From: Raphidiopsis brookii D9
GTDB lineage: Bacteria > Cyanobacteriota > Cyanobacteriia > Cyanobacteriales > Nostocaceae
NCBI GenBank assembly: GCA_000175855.1
Contig: ACYB01000031.1
Span: 90,001 to 122,000, forward strand
Direction: 5' to 3'
Length of the DNA: 32,000 bases
Below, in pieces: positions 19,502 through 29,707 of the stretch. A program made the position numbers and the translations under genes. The notes beneath the pieces were generated by a model. The model was not told the DNA's origin. It saw nothing but the letters and a program-made list of their open reading frames with translations, and searched no databases. How positions within the stretch are numbered: position 1 is the stretch's first letter; every line of letters begins with the position of its first letter.

Positions 19502-20176
19502 CTAAACCATCTTCATATCCTGCAATTTTACCCCAAAAACCTTGGCAAAATACTCAGCTACCCGGGGACGTACTGCCAAACAGTCAATATGGGGAATCCA
19601 CTCAGCTAAACTGGCAACCTTTTTATCTTTAATCCCACAAGGCACAATCTTTTCAAAACCTGTCATGTCAGGACAAACATTTAAAGCAAACCCATGCATA
19701 GTTACCCAACGACTGACTTTAATCCCTATAGCAGCAACTTTTTTGCCTTCCACCCAAACACCCGTTAAACCGGAGATCCTTTCCCCTACTAAACCATAAC
19801 TGGCTAAAACATCAATTAATACCTGTTCTAGTTGGCGCAAGTACCAATGCAGGTCTTGACAATAACGACGCAAGTTTAAAATCGGATACCCTACCAGTTG
19901 TCCTGGACAGTGGTAGGTCACTTCCCCACCTCTTTCTACCCAATGCACATTGTACTGACTTTTGTCAAGATCAAATTTGAGAAAGTTAGGATTTGCACTC
20001 TGTCCCAAGGTATAGACTGGAGGGTGTTCTACCAGAATAATTACATCCTCTAAATCACTATTCTCAATCCGCTCCTGGAGTAACTGTCTTTGCCATACAA
20101 GAACATCCAGGTATGGTGTTAATCCTCTATTGTACAATAAACAACGATTTGGGGAGATTGGCGAATTATCACTCAT
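19502..20176 (-). CDS. lipB: Lipoyl(octanoyl) transferase LipB
   Basis: [17 protein letters not shown]...[26 protein letters not shown]...[35 protein letters not shown]. Confidence 0.96.
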   Translation of the reverse strand: MSDNSPISPNRCLLYNRGLTPYLDVLVWQRQLLQERIENSDLEDVIILVEHPPVYTLGQSANPNFLKFDLDKSQYNVHWVERGGEVTYHCPGQLVGYPILNLRRYCQDLHWYLRQLEQVLIDVLASYGLVGERISGLTGVWVEGKKVAAIGIKVSRWVTMHGFALNVCPDMTGFEKIVPCGIKDKKVASLAEWIPHIDCLAVRPRVAEYFAKVFGVKLQDMKMV

Positions 20177-20275
20177 GACTAAATCAAGAACTAAATAAAT
20201 AGACTATATAGACCTTTACAGGGCGATCGCTCCATTTACCCACAGTCAGGATCAAAAAAATGTCAAGTAATGCAA

Positions 20276-20460
20276 AGTATTTTAAAGTAAAGTCAACGAA
20301 GTAACTTTCTTACCGAAAAGGTGTTAACCTAAACATATAGAATATATAACCTCAAAGATGTTGGGAGGAATAATCGGCAATAAGTGTCTCTTATATGTGG
20401 GAGCTTAATTTTGGATCTCCACCATTTAAGAAAATAAACAAGTTTAGCGGGAGAGTTTAC
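20276..20460 (+). promoter_or_regulatory. Putative long 5' leader / promoter region of lrtA
   Basis: Long non-coding stretch upstream of the lrtA ATG with GGGAG motifs near 20353 and just before the ATG (GCGGGAGAGTTTACATG); long leader transcripts are known for cyanobacterial lrtA. Confidence 0.4.
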
Positions 20461-21087
20461 ATGAACCTTGTCATCCACGGCAAAAATATTGAAATCACCG
20501 GTGCAATACGTGAGTATGTACATCAGAAAATTGAAAAAGCAGTTAGTCACTTTCAAAATGTCACAAATCAGGTAGATATACATCTGAGTGTGGCTCGCAA
20601 TCCCAGAATTAGTACCAAGCAAGCAGCAGAGGTAACAATTTACGCTAATGGTAGTGTGATTCGAGCGGAAGAGAGCAGTGAGAGTCTATATGCGAGTATA
20701 GACTTGGTGGCGGATAAAATAGCACGTCAGTTGCGTAAGTATAAAGAGAGAAGGCAAGACCATAAAACCCAGCCCATATCCACAAATGAGGCATTAGTTT
20801 CTGAACCAGTGACCGATTTAATAGCTGGTCGAACTCCTGAACTACCTGGTGAGGTAGTAAGAACCAAGTATTTTTCCATGCCACCTATGACAGTGGCCCA
20901 GGCACAGGAACAGTTGCAGTTGGTGGGACATGATTTTTACATGTTCCGCAATGCGGAGAGTGGAGAAATCAATGTGATCTATGAGCGTAATCATGGTGGA
21001 TATGGGGTAATCCAACCCCGTAACGGGAATGGACACACCAACGGTAAAACCTCTAGCACTTCTGAAAAGTCTAAAGTGGTGAATTAG
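20461..21087 (+). CDS. lrtA: Long-form ribosome hibernation promoting factor (LrtA/HPF/RaiA); ATG at 20461 preferred to the upstream TTG at 20395
   Basis: [31 protein letters not shown]...[55 protein letters not shown]. Confidence 0.94.
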   Translation: MNLVIHGKNIEITGAIREYVHQKIEKAVSHFQNVTNQVDIHLSVARNPRISTKQAAEVTIYANGSVIRAEESSESLYASIDLVADKIARQLRKYKERRQDHKTQPISTNEALVSEPVTDLIAGRTPELPGEVVRTKYFSMPPMTVAQAQEQLQLVGHDFYMFRNAESGEINVIYERNHGGYGVIQPRNGNGHTNGKTSSTSEKSKVVN

Positions 21088-21254
21088 GGAGAATTGTGGA
21101 GCAATCATGTTATCGCGTCTGGCTAAGGCGTGCAAGTCTACTGAGGGATAACCGCTCGCTCCCGTTGAAGTAGAAAGTAAAGTCTAGTTTTATCTAGGTT
21201 TTATATAGCAGACTGGTGATAGGAAATCTCACCCATCACCAATCAATATCACTG

Positions 21255-21716
21255 TTATGTGGCAGAAAGCTGTTGAAGTTTTTTCAGGCTTTCTTGAACA
21301 TGACCGTTAAAGTTTAGCATAGAGTCAAACACATATTGCACAATACCATTTTGATCGATGACATAGGTTACCCGACCAGGTATCCAACCAAAAGCAGTGG
21401 TTGCTCCGTATTGTTTTCTAACTTGATCGCCCGGATCGCTCAATAGGGTAAAAGGCAATTTGTATTTGGTTGCGAATCTTTGGTGGGACTCATTGGAGTC
21501 ACCACTGATACCGATAACCTCCGCGCCAGCAGTTTTAAATACTTCATATTGGTCTCGGAAGGCGCAAGATTCCGCAGTGCAACCGGGAGTGTCGTCCTTA
21601 GGGTAAAAATAGAGGATGACCACCTTTTTGCCGCGAAAATCTCTCAAGCTGATGGTAGAGCCATTTTGAGAAGTTAGACTAAATTCTGGTGCAGAATCCC
21701 CGATTTTGATGGACAT
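21255..21716 (-). CDS. bcp: Thioredoxin-dependent peroxiredoxin (BCP/PrxQ type)
   Basis: MSIKIGDSAPEFSLTSQNGSTISLRDFRGKKVVILYFYPKDDTPGCTAESCAFRDQYEVFKTAGAEVIGIS. Confidence 0.95.
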   Translation of the reverse strand: MSIKIGDSAPEFSLTSQNGSTISLRDFRGKKVVILYFYPKDDTPGCTAESCAFRDQYEVFKTAGAEVIGISGDSNESHQRFATKYKLPFTLLSDPGDQVRKQYGATTAFGWIPGRVTYVIDQNGIVQYVFDSMLNFNGHVQESLKKLQQLSAT

Positions 21717-21807
21717 ATTTAAAAGTTAAAAAGTTAACTAGACTGATTAAAATTCTACAATATAATCTTCCCAGTTTCTAACCCCAAAACAATATAATCT
21801 GTACTCT

Positions 21808-22935
21808 ATGCGTCTAATCTCTTTAGATGTTTTTCGTGGATTGACAATTGCAATGATGATTATTGCTAATATGGCGGGTGTTGCACCAGATGTCTATCCT
21901 TTTCTTTCCCATGCATTATGGAATGGTTGTACGCCAACGGACTTAGTCTATCCCTTTTTTTTATTTATTGTTGGGGTGGCTATGAGCTTTTCCCTGTCTA
22001 AATATAGTTTGGAGAGTAAGTTAGATAAATTTGTTTATTTCAATTTGTGCCGTCGTGCAGTAATACTATTTACCTTAGGATTGCTACTAAACGGTTTTTG
22101 GAATCAAGGCGTTGGCAGTTTTGATTTACAAAGTTTACGAGTGATGGGGGTATTGCAAAGAATTAGTTTAGCCTACTTGGTTGCTTCTTTAATAGTTTTA
22201 AAATTTCCAGAAAAAACTCAATGGGCATTAGCGGGAATACTGCTGATATTTTATTGGTTGACCATGATGTATATTCCCGTTCCTGATTATGGTGCGGGTA
22301 TGCTCACCAGAGAGGGAAATTTCGGGGCGTTTATTGATAGATTGATTATTGCTAAACCCCATTTATATGCAGGAGATGGGTTTAACTTCAGGGGTGATCC
22401 AGAAGGGTTATTTAGTACAATTCCTGCAATAGTCAATGTTCTCTTTGGGTATTTTGCCGGACAATGGATGAGAAAAAGCACTATTAACTCCCATACTAGT
22501 ATGGATTTAGTCCTGTGGGGATTATGTAGTTTAGTCGTGGGTATGATTTGGGATGGTTTATTTCCCATTAATAAAAAACTCTGGACAAGTTCCTACGTTT
22601 TGTTTAGTACTGGTTGGGGGTTAGTTTTTTTGGCAGCGTGTTATGATCTAATAGAGGTGAGAAAAATTAAACGTTGGAGCAAAGGATTTGAAATTATCGG
22701 ACTAAATGCGATCGCCCTGTTTGTTGCATCAGTTTTTCTCATTAAAGTTACCGTAAAATTGAAAATTGGTGAAGGAGAGAATGCCATAAGCGTATACAAT
22801 TGGATTTACCGCAATCTGTTTGCTTCCTGGGTAGGTAATACCAACGGATCATTTTTATTTGCACTTGCTACCCTATTATTGTGGTACGGTTTAGCATTTT
22901 TCATGTATCGACAACGTTGGTTTATCAAAGTATAG
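21808..22935 (+). CDS. Heparan-alpha-glucosaminide N-acetyltransferase-like / DUF5009 membrane acyltransferase
   Basis: MRLISLDVFRGLTIAMMIIANMAG...GCTPTDLVYPFFLFIVGVAMSFSL...GVLQRISLAYL; multiple TM segments. Confidence 0.9.
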   Translation: MRLISLDVFRGLTIAMMIIANMAGVAPDVYPFLSHALWNGCTPTDLVYPFFLFIVGVAMSFSLSKYSLESKLDKFVYFNLCRRAVILFTLGLLLNGFWNQGVGSFDLQSLRVMGVLQRISLAYLVASLIVLKFPEKTQWALAGILLIFYWLTMMYIPVPDYGAGMLTREGNFGAFIDRLIIAKPHLYAGDGFNFRGDPEGLFSTIPAIVNVLFGYFAGQWMRKSTINSHTSMDLVLWGLCSLVVGMIWDGLFPINKKLWTSSYVLFSTGWGLVFLAACYDLIEVRKIKRWSKGFEIIGLNAIALFVASVFLIKVTVKLKIGEGENAISVYNWIYRNLFASWVGNTNGSFLFALATLLLWYGLAFFMYRQRWFIKV

Positions 22936-22964
22936 AGAATACAGAATAAAATGGAGGTATAACC

Positions 22965-23534
22965 ATGGAAGTGAAAGAACTGCTAAATAGATACGCTAGG
23001 GGAGAAAGAAACTTCAATGGTATTTGCTTGCGAGCAGTCAATCTCAGGGGAGTTAATTTAGGTGGTATTGACTTTGCTAGAGCAGATCTAAGTTGGTCCG
23101 ATATGACTGGAATTTCCTTAAGTGGAGCGAATTTAAGCCAGGCCAATCTGCGAGGTGCAAAACTAGAAAATGCCCATTTATCCGAAGTAATTTTGTGTGG
23201 AGCTGATTTGACTCAGGCTGTACTAATCAGTGCTCATTTAAATGATTCCGATCTTAGTGGAGCATTACTAGTAGATGCAAATCTGTGTGATGCTGATTTA
23301 CATCAAGCATCAATCACAGCTGCCAACTTACAAAGTGCCAAATTGAATGGTGCAAAAATGGGCGGTGTGCGGATGTGGAAAGCTGACCTACAAGGAGCGG
23401 ATCTAACCGGTGCGGATTTAAGTGAAGCCAATATGTGTGGAGTTAATTTTTCCATGGCAAATTTAAGTGCTACTGACATGAGTGAAACTTTTTTAACTGG
23501 TGCGATTATGCCAGATGGTAGTCTTCACAGTTAG
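22965..23534 (+). CDS. Pentapeptide repeat protein
   Basis: Tandem A(D/N)LxX repeats: GANLSQANLRGAKLENAHLSEVILCGADLTQAVLISAHLNDSDLSGALLVDANLCDADLHQ... Confidence 0.96.
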   Translation: MEVKELLNRYARGERNFNGICLRAVNLRGVNLGGIDFARADLSWSDMTGISLSGANLSQANLRGAKLENAHLSEVILCGADLTQAVLISAHLNDSDLSGALLVDANLCDADLHQASITAANLQSAKLNGAKMGGVRMWKADLQGADLTGADLSEANMCGVNFSMANLSATDMSETFLTGAIMPDGSLHS

Positions 23535-23647
23535 TTATGCACTTAGGATAATATATAGGTACGGAAGCTTATAGCTTATGCAGTGATTAAATCCAATGAT
23601 ATTGTCATTGCTTAAAGATTAGATTGATCTACCCATAGTTACTGACC

Positions 23648-25810
23648 ATGATGCAGTATCCTGATTTAGAAAAAGAATTAAAAAAATACTTTGGTTATGA
23701 CCAATTTCGTCCTGGACAAAGACAAATTATAGAAGACGCACTAGAAAACCGTGATTTAATGGTAGTTATGCCTACGGGAGGTGGAAAGTCCCTATGTTTT
23801 CAATTACCAGCTCTTTTGAAACCAGGTTTAACAGTCGTAGTATCTCCCCTGATAGCATTAATGCAAGATCAGGTGGAAGCACTAAGAAATAATAATATTT
23901 CTGCCACTCTTATTAATAGCAGTCTCACCACTTATCAAGTTCGCTCTCGGGAAGAAGCGATCATGAATGGTAAGGTAAAATTATTATATGTAGCTCCAGA
24001 AAGATTAGTCAGTGAGAGATTTTTGCCCATTTTAGATGTGGTTAAAGAAAAGTTTGGTCTGGCTAACTTTGTCATTGATGAAGCTCATTGTGTTTCCGAG
24101 TGGGGTCACGATTTTCGTCCAGAATATAGACAATTAATCTTGCTGAGGAAGCGATTTTCTCATGTTCCCACCATAGCTCTAACCGCAACTGCTACTGATA
24201 GAGTTAGAGCTGATATTATCCAACAGTTAGGATTGAAACAACCAGCAGTTCACATTGCTAGTTTTAACCGACAGAACCTGTACTATGAAGTGCGTCCTAA
24301 AAATAGAAATTCCTATGGGGAAATATTAGAGATTATTAAAAAAAATGAGGGTTCAGGAATTATTTACTGTCTAACCCGTAAGAACGTAGATGAACTAACC
24401 TTAAAACTACAGAATAGTCAAATTGCCGCTTTACCCTATCACGCAGGTTTAGTGGATCAAGAAAGAGCGAAAAACCAAACTCGATTTATCCGTGATGATG
24501 TACGAATTATGGTGGCAACTATTGCCTTTGGCATGGGTATTAATAAACCTGATGTACGGTTTGTCATTCACTGTGACTTGCCCAGAAATTTAGAAAGTTA
24601 TTATCAGGAGTCAGGTCGCGCTGGAAGGGATGGAGAACCCTCTCGATGTACCTTATTTTTCAGTTTTAGTGATGTGAAAACTATTGAATGGAGTATAGGT
24701 AAGAAAACCGATCCCCAAGAACAGCTGATTGCTAAACAGCAGTTAAGACAAGTGATAGATTATGCTGAAGGAACGGACTGTAGACGAACAATTCAATTAG
24801 GGTATTTTGGGGAAAGATTTCCGGGTGGTTGTGCTAATTGTGATAATTGCCGTTATCCCAAACCTTTGCAAGATTGGACTGTGGAAGCAATGAAGTTTTT
24901 ATCTTGTGTAGCACGATGTCAGGAAAAATATGGGATGAATCATATTATTGATGTGTTAAGAGGGGCGAAAAATCAAAAGATTTCTTTGCATAAACACGAT
25001 CAACTTTCTACCTATGGTATAGGAAAAGATAAAACAGCAGATGAATGGAAAATGTTATGCAGATCTTTGTTGCACCAAGGGTTATTGGAACAAACCCATG
25101 ATGGCTATTCGGTGTTAAAATTAAATGCCTTAAGTTGGGAGGTGATGCGAAAACAACGACAGGTTTTGATTGCTGCTCCGGTATATCAAAAGGCTGACTT
25201 AGTCGCTATTAATACTAAGGCTTTGGATATAGAAGCTCTGATGAATGAACTCAGATACCTACGAAAACAAATTGCTGATGAACTGGGTTTAGCTCCCTAC
25301 ATTATTTTTCAGGATTCGACCGTAAGACTAATGGCCCAAATCAAACCTAGGACTCTAGAAGAGTTAGGACAAATTTCTGGGGTGGTTAGTTATAAGGTCA
25401 ACCAATATGGAGAAAGGTTTTTGGCAGTTATTCAATCCTATATTCAAGAACAAAGTTGGCAACCACCAAAAAAGAGTGATGATGATCTGATAACTAATAC
25501 AGAATCAACTACCTTGGAATTGCACCAGCAAGGATTTACTATTGAACAAATTGCCCAAAAACGGAATATGAAAACTGCTACTATTATTCGTCATCTCTCA
25601 GACCTGATAGAAAAAAAACAACCTGTTGATTTGAATTTGTTAATACCTTTGGATAGACAGAAAAAAATTTGGCAGGTTATAGATGTGTTGGGTGACATTA
25701 ATTTGGCCCCCATTCGAGATTATTTGGGTGAGAGTTATAGCTATAATGAGATTCGCCTAATCAGAGCTAGATGGCGAAGGGAAAATCGTAAAAATCTGTC
25801 CCCTAAATAG
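23648..25810 (+). CDS. recQ: ATP-dependent DNA helicase RecQ (ATG at 23648 or internal start MMQYPD at 23651)
   Basis: FGYDQFRPGQRQIIEDALENRDLMVVMPTGGGKSLCFQLPAL, DEAHCVSEWGHDFRPEYRQL, ATIAFGMGINKPDVRFVIHCDLPRNLESYYQESGRAGRDGEPS, zinc motif GNCDNC, C-terminal HRDC. Confidence 0.97.
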   Translation: MMQYPDLEKELKKYFGYDQFRPGQRQIIEDALENRDLMVVMPTGGGKSLCFQLPALLKPGLTVVVSPLIALMQDQVEALRNNNISATLINSSLTTYQVRSREEAIMNGKVKLLYVAPERLVSERFLPILDVVKEKFGLANFVIDEAHCVSEWGHDFRPEYRQLILLRKRFSHVPTIALTATATDRVRADIIQQLGLKQPAVHIASFNRQNLYYEVRPKNRNSYGEILEIIKKNEGSGIIYCLTRKNVDELTLKLQNSQIAALPYHAGLVDQERAKNQTRFIRDDVRIMVATIAFGMGINKPDVRFVIHCDLPRNLESYYQESGRAGRDGEPSRCTLFFSFSDVKTIEWSIGKKTDPQEQLIAKQQLRQVIDYAEGTDCRRTIQLGYFGERFPGGCANCDNCRYPKPLQDWTVEAMKFLSCVARCQEKYGMNHIIDVLRGAKNQKISLHKHDQLSTYGIGKDKTADEWKMLCRSLLHQGLLEQTHDGYSVLKLNALSWEVMRKQRQVLIAAPVYQKADLVAINTKALDIEALMNELRYLRKQIADELGLAPYIIFQDSTVRLMAQIKPRTLEELGQISGVVSYKVNQYGERFLAVIQSYIQEQSWQPPKKSDDDLITNTESTTLELHQQGFTIEQIAQKRNMKTATIIRHLSDLIEKKQPVDLNLLIPLDRQKKIWQVIDVLGDINLAPIRDYLGESYSYNEIRLIRARWRRENRKNLSPK

Positions 25811-25828
25811 GGTTTTCAGCCACAGTTT

Positions 25829-26026
25829 TTAAAAACTACTGTTGGAGTAGGAAAATCCAGAAATTTGTTGTACTGCTTCCGTTGCGGGTTGGGATTTAGG
25901 GGTTTTAATTGGTTTGCTCTCTATTCTGGTCTTATGAATGGGAAATACAATTGAGATCAGTTTAGGCAAAACTATGCAAGCAACTGCGTTGAATAACGTA
26001 AAAGTGACGACATCCATTAGGCTCAT
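25829..26026 (-). CDS. Small hypothetical protein (65 aa) with hydrophobic N-terminus
   Basis: MSLMDVVTFTLFNAVACIVLPKLISIVFP...: hydrophobic helix then basic/polar tail; in an otherwise empty gap. Confidence 0.5.
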   Translation of the reverse strand: MSLMDVVTFTLFNAVACIVLPKLISIVFPIHKTRIESKPIKTPKSQPATEAVQQISGFSYSNSSF

Positions 26027-26305
26027 AGATGATTCCCGGTTAATTTGGTCTTTATTGCCTCGATTTGCCTAAAATTTAGACACTCCTTAATCATCAACCA
26101 TAATTTCAAGATTACACCAACCATTTAGTTTTAAATTTCTTTTATGACCTATAAGTAAATTAAATGATTTGAGCTATGCACGTTGGAATGTCTCAATTAT
26201 TATTCACTCATCTATTTGATTAGTTTAGATTTTCATCCAAAAACCACTACCGCACTATTATATAATATGGCAAAATAAGCTATTTCTGTATACCATTTGT
26301 CAATT

Positions 26306-28320
26306 ATGCAACTTCAGCCTCCTTTTTTATCTACCTTTACAGATCGAGAAAAAAAGGCAATACAAGATTTGACTAGTTATTCTGGTGTCCATTCTTTACC
26401 AGAAATATGGCCATTAGCAGCTCAACATTTTCGCGATATCACTGCTCTATACAACCCCCATAGCAAACCAGAGGTCAAAATCACCTACTCCCAATTGTGG
26501 GATCAAATCCAGCGTTTTGCTATAGGTTTACAGGTCTTGGGGATAAACAAAAATAATGATTCCTATCCCCCACGCATTGCTCTCATAGCAGATAATAGTC
26601 CCCGTTGGTTTATCGCAGACCAAGGTATTATGACTGCTGGAGCAGTGAATGCGGTTCGTAGCTCCCAAGCTGAAAAGAATGAATTACTATATATTATCTC
26701 CCACAGTGGTAGCACCGTTGTGGTAGTTGAAGATGTTAAAACGTTAAATAAGCTAGAACCTGATTTGGGTGAGCTACCAATTAAGCTGGTCATTTTACTT
26801 TCTGATGAAACGGATATGCCTGAGTGGAATACCTTGCCGATTATAGAAACCTATTCAGTAATGAATTTTACTCAGTTGTTAAATCTGGCTAATAATTATA
26901 CTTTAACTCCTCTGACAATTGGTGGAGATGCGTTAGCGACTTTGATTTACACTTCTGGAACTACGGGTAAACCCAAGGGTGTTATGCTTTCTCATAACAA
27001 TTTATTACATCAGGTTCAAACCCTGGGAACTATAGTTCAACCCCAACCTGGTGATGTGGCTTTAAGCATTTTACCAACCTGGCATAGTTATGAACGCAGT
27101 GGCGAATATTTTTTGCTTTCTCAAGGTTGTACACAAGTATATACAAACCTGAGAATGATTAAAGAAGACTTTAAAAAATTTAAACCTAACTTTATGATTG
27201 CCGTGCCCAGACTGTGGGAGTCAATTTATGAAGGGGTGCAAAAGCAGTTTCGTGGCCAACCAGCGAAGAAACAAAAACTAATTCAATTCTTGCTAAAAAT
27301 GGGTGAAGAATATATTTTCGCTCGACGTATTGCCCAAGGATTAAGTTTAGAGCATATTGGTGCTTCAGAATGGATAAAATGGGCAGCAAAAATTAAGCAA
27401 TTGGTCTTATTACCATTACAAATATTGGGGAAAAGTTAGTTTATGCTAAAGTGCGAGAAGCTACAGGAGGAAAAATTAAGCAGGTGATTAGTGGAGGTGG
27501 GGCACTGCCTAGACACATAGATAACTTCTTTGAAATTATCGGGGTGGAGATTTTACAGGGTTATGGATTGACGGAAACTTCACCAGTAACTAATGCTCGT
27601 CGTATCTGGAGGAATTTACGTGGATCCTCGGGACAACCAATAGCAGGAACTCAGGTGAAGATAGTTCACCCAGAAACAAAAGACCCTCTACCTGCGGGGA
27701 AAATTGGCCTAGTTCTACTTAAAGGTCCCCAAGTGATGGGGGGCTATTATCAGAATTTGGAAGCTACGAAACAGGTTATTGACAATCATGGTTGGTTTAA
27801 TAGCGGTGATTTGGGTTGGGTAACACCTGAAAATGACTTGGTGCTAACTGGTAGAGCTAAGGATACTATTGTATTAAGCAATGGTGAAAATATTGAACCC
27901 CAACCTATAGAAGATGCTTGTTTGCGATCGCCCTATATTGACCAAATTATGCTGGTAGGACAGGATCAGCGCAGTCTTGGTGCTTTAATAGTTCCTAACC
28001 TAGATGCTTTGGAAAAATGGGCGGAAGTTGAGAATATCAATTTACCTACCCAGGATGATTCCACGGAAAATGAAGATCAAAAAATCGGTCAAAAAATTGA
28101 CTTAGAGAACAAAATAATTCAGGATTTATATCGGAAGGAATTAAATAGGGAGGTGCAAAATCGTCCGGGTTATAGGGCTGATGACCGCATTGGCCCCTTT
28201 AAGCTAATCCTGGAACCCTTTTCCATGGAAAATGGCATGATGACCCAAACCATGAAAATTCGTCGTCATGTTGTGGCACAAAACTATGTCAATACTATTG
28301 ACAGCATGTTTGTCAAGTAA
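26306..28320 (+). pseudogene. aas: AMP-dependent acyl-CoA / acyl-ACP synthetase (aas-like), split by a -1 frame discrepancy near 27427-27439
   Basis: N-part 26306..27439 (IYTSGTTGKPKGVMLSHNN...LPTWHSYERSGEYFLL) and C-part 27451..28320 (VISGGGALPRHIDNFFEIIGVEILQGYGLTETSPV...TGRAKDTIVLSNGENIEPQPIEDAC) are adjacent halves of one enzyme. The downstream frame reads back as NIGEKLVYAKVREATGGKIKQ. Could be an assembly error rather than a true pseudogene. Confidence 0.85.
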
Positions 28321-28369
28321 GTCTAATTACAAACAATTACAAACTAGTTAGGGTGAACCTATAATCTTT

Positions 28370-28819
28370 ATGGAACTATCAAATCTGGAATTAATGCTCA
28401 AACGCGTTGTTAACGTGAAGGTGATTGTAACTCCACTATGGAAGGAGGAAGTACAACAACAATTGCAAGAACAGATCAACCAAACAGATCAGCAGTTGCA
28501 ACAACTTGACATGGAGGGGCAAAGAACAATTAGTGTTATTCAGAAACAGGGTCTGCAACCTCCCGGTCCCCAAACTATACAACAAATCGACAATATTCAA
28601 CTACAAATCAACCAGAAGAAAAGCGAATTGTTGGAACAGAAGAACCAATTATTGCAAAACCTTCAGCAAGTACAGTATTTAGATTTGGATGAGGAGGTGA
28701 ATCAGTTTCAAATGGAAAGTTTTTTCCAGGTGAAAACTGGTGATAACTTGATTAGTAAGATGCAAGTTGAAATCGTTATTCGTGATGGTGTGATTGAAGA
28801 GATTCGCGGTGAAGTCTAA
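28370..28819 (+). CDS. YlqD family protein, coiled-coil
   Basis: LMLKRVVNVKVIVTPLWKEEVQQQLQEQINQTDQQLQQLDMEGQR...FFQVKTGDNLISKMQVEIVIRDGVIEEIRGE. Confidence 0.82.
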   Translation: MELSNLELMLKRVVNVKVIVTPLWKEEVQQQLQEQINQTDQQLQQLDMEGQRTISVIQKQGLQPPGPQTIQQIDNIQLQINQKKSELLEQKNQLLQNLQQVQYLDLDEEVNQFQMESFFQVKTGDNLISKMQVEIVIRDGVIEEIRGEV

Positions 28820-29358
28820 TCACAGTCTTGACTAAAATCATCTTGGGTTGGATCCTGGGAAAAACAATCTCTTTGGGATCCAGCCCAGATCACCTCCCAT
28901 ACTGGTGGTGAATTTACTAACAGCGATCGCCCAAAGCGACTCATTTCTACACGATACTTAGTAGTGTTGACCACACTATTTTTAGCTGGTGAGGGTTTGA
29001 TAATTGTAACCAAAGCTTGATTAGGTTGGGGATACACTACCTGCACTTGTACTTTTTTATGAGACTTTTTACTTTCATCACTTTCATCAATTATATTTAA
29101 TGCTATAGTAGCAGGATCACTCCCAATCAAAAGGGAGTTGACCGTTTCTAAAGGAATTATGTGGTAGTCAGAACGTTCCAAGTTTATTCGTAATTCATCC
29201 GGATTAAGTTCCTTGGGAATGGTTTGTGGCTGTCCATGGGCGGACAGGGTCAACCTTATGGAAGATTGATGCTGAATCCAATAAGCTACAGCAGTACTAA
29301 TGAAAGTACCTAGGGTAAAAATTAAAAAAAATTTGAGTTTTGCTAACATGGTTAACAT
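28816..29358 (-). CDS. Hypothetical membrane-anchored protein (180 aa)
   Basis: N-terminal TM (LKFFLIFTLGTFISTAVAYWI) followed by coherent soluble domain. Confidence 0.7.
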   Translation of the reverse strand: MLTMLAKLKFFLIFTLGTFISTAVAYWIQHQSSIRLTLSAHGQPQTIPKELNPDELRINLERSDYHIIPLETVNSLLIGSDPATIALNIIDESDESKKSHKKVQVQVVYPQPNQALVTIIKPSPAKNSVVNTTKYRVEMSRFGRSLLVNSPPVWEVIWAGSQRDCFSQDPTQDDFSQDCD

Positions 29359-29707
29359 AGTTATTTAAGTGTGATTAAAAGAGGATTTTCCAGAGTTTCA
29401 GATTTACCTCTCCACCTCTAGCAGCTACTCAAGAGCAGATTTGTGTGTGAGAAAGCGGAGGATCGTAACTTGTATCAGAAGAACTATAATGTCAATTAAG
29501 ATCTCCCATTATTGAACCACCCATTGCACCATACAATTTACTATATGGATATTTCACACAAAATTTAAGTTCCCGTTAAATCTCAGTTAAGTTCCACCCT
29601 GACCTAAATGTTTGGTGGAAAATCCCTTTGGTGGGCTATAATTCCACTCGGGAACAGATGTTAAATTCCACTCAAAAATTAACCAAATTGATTCTAAAGC
29701 CACCATT

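Noticed and set aside
22965-23534. Repetitive sequence considered as a tandem DNA repeat or CRISPR-like array
   Set aside because: The periodicity is explained by the pentapeptide-repeat protein coding pattern; no identical repeats with unique spacers.
27427-27433. Programmed -1 ribosomal frameshift site in the aas-like gene
   Set aside because: G GGG AAA does not fit the X XXY YYZ heptamer in the zero frame, and I identified no stimulatory structure; an indel or sequencing error is simpler.
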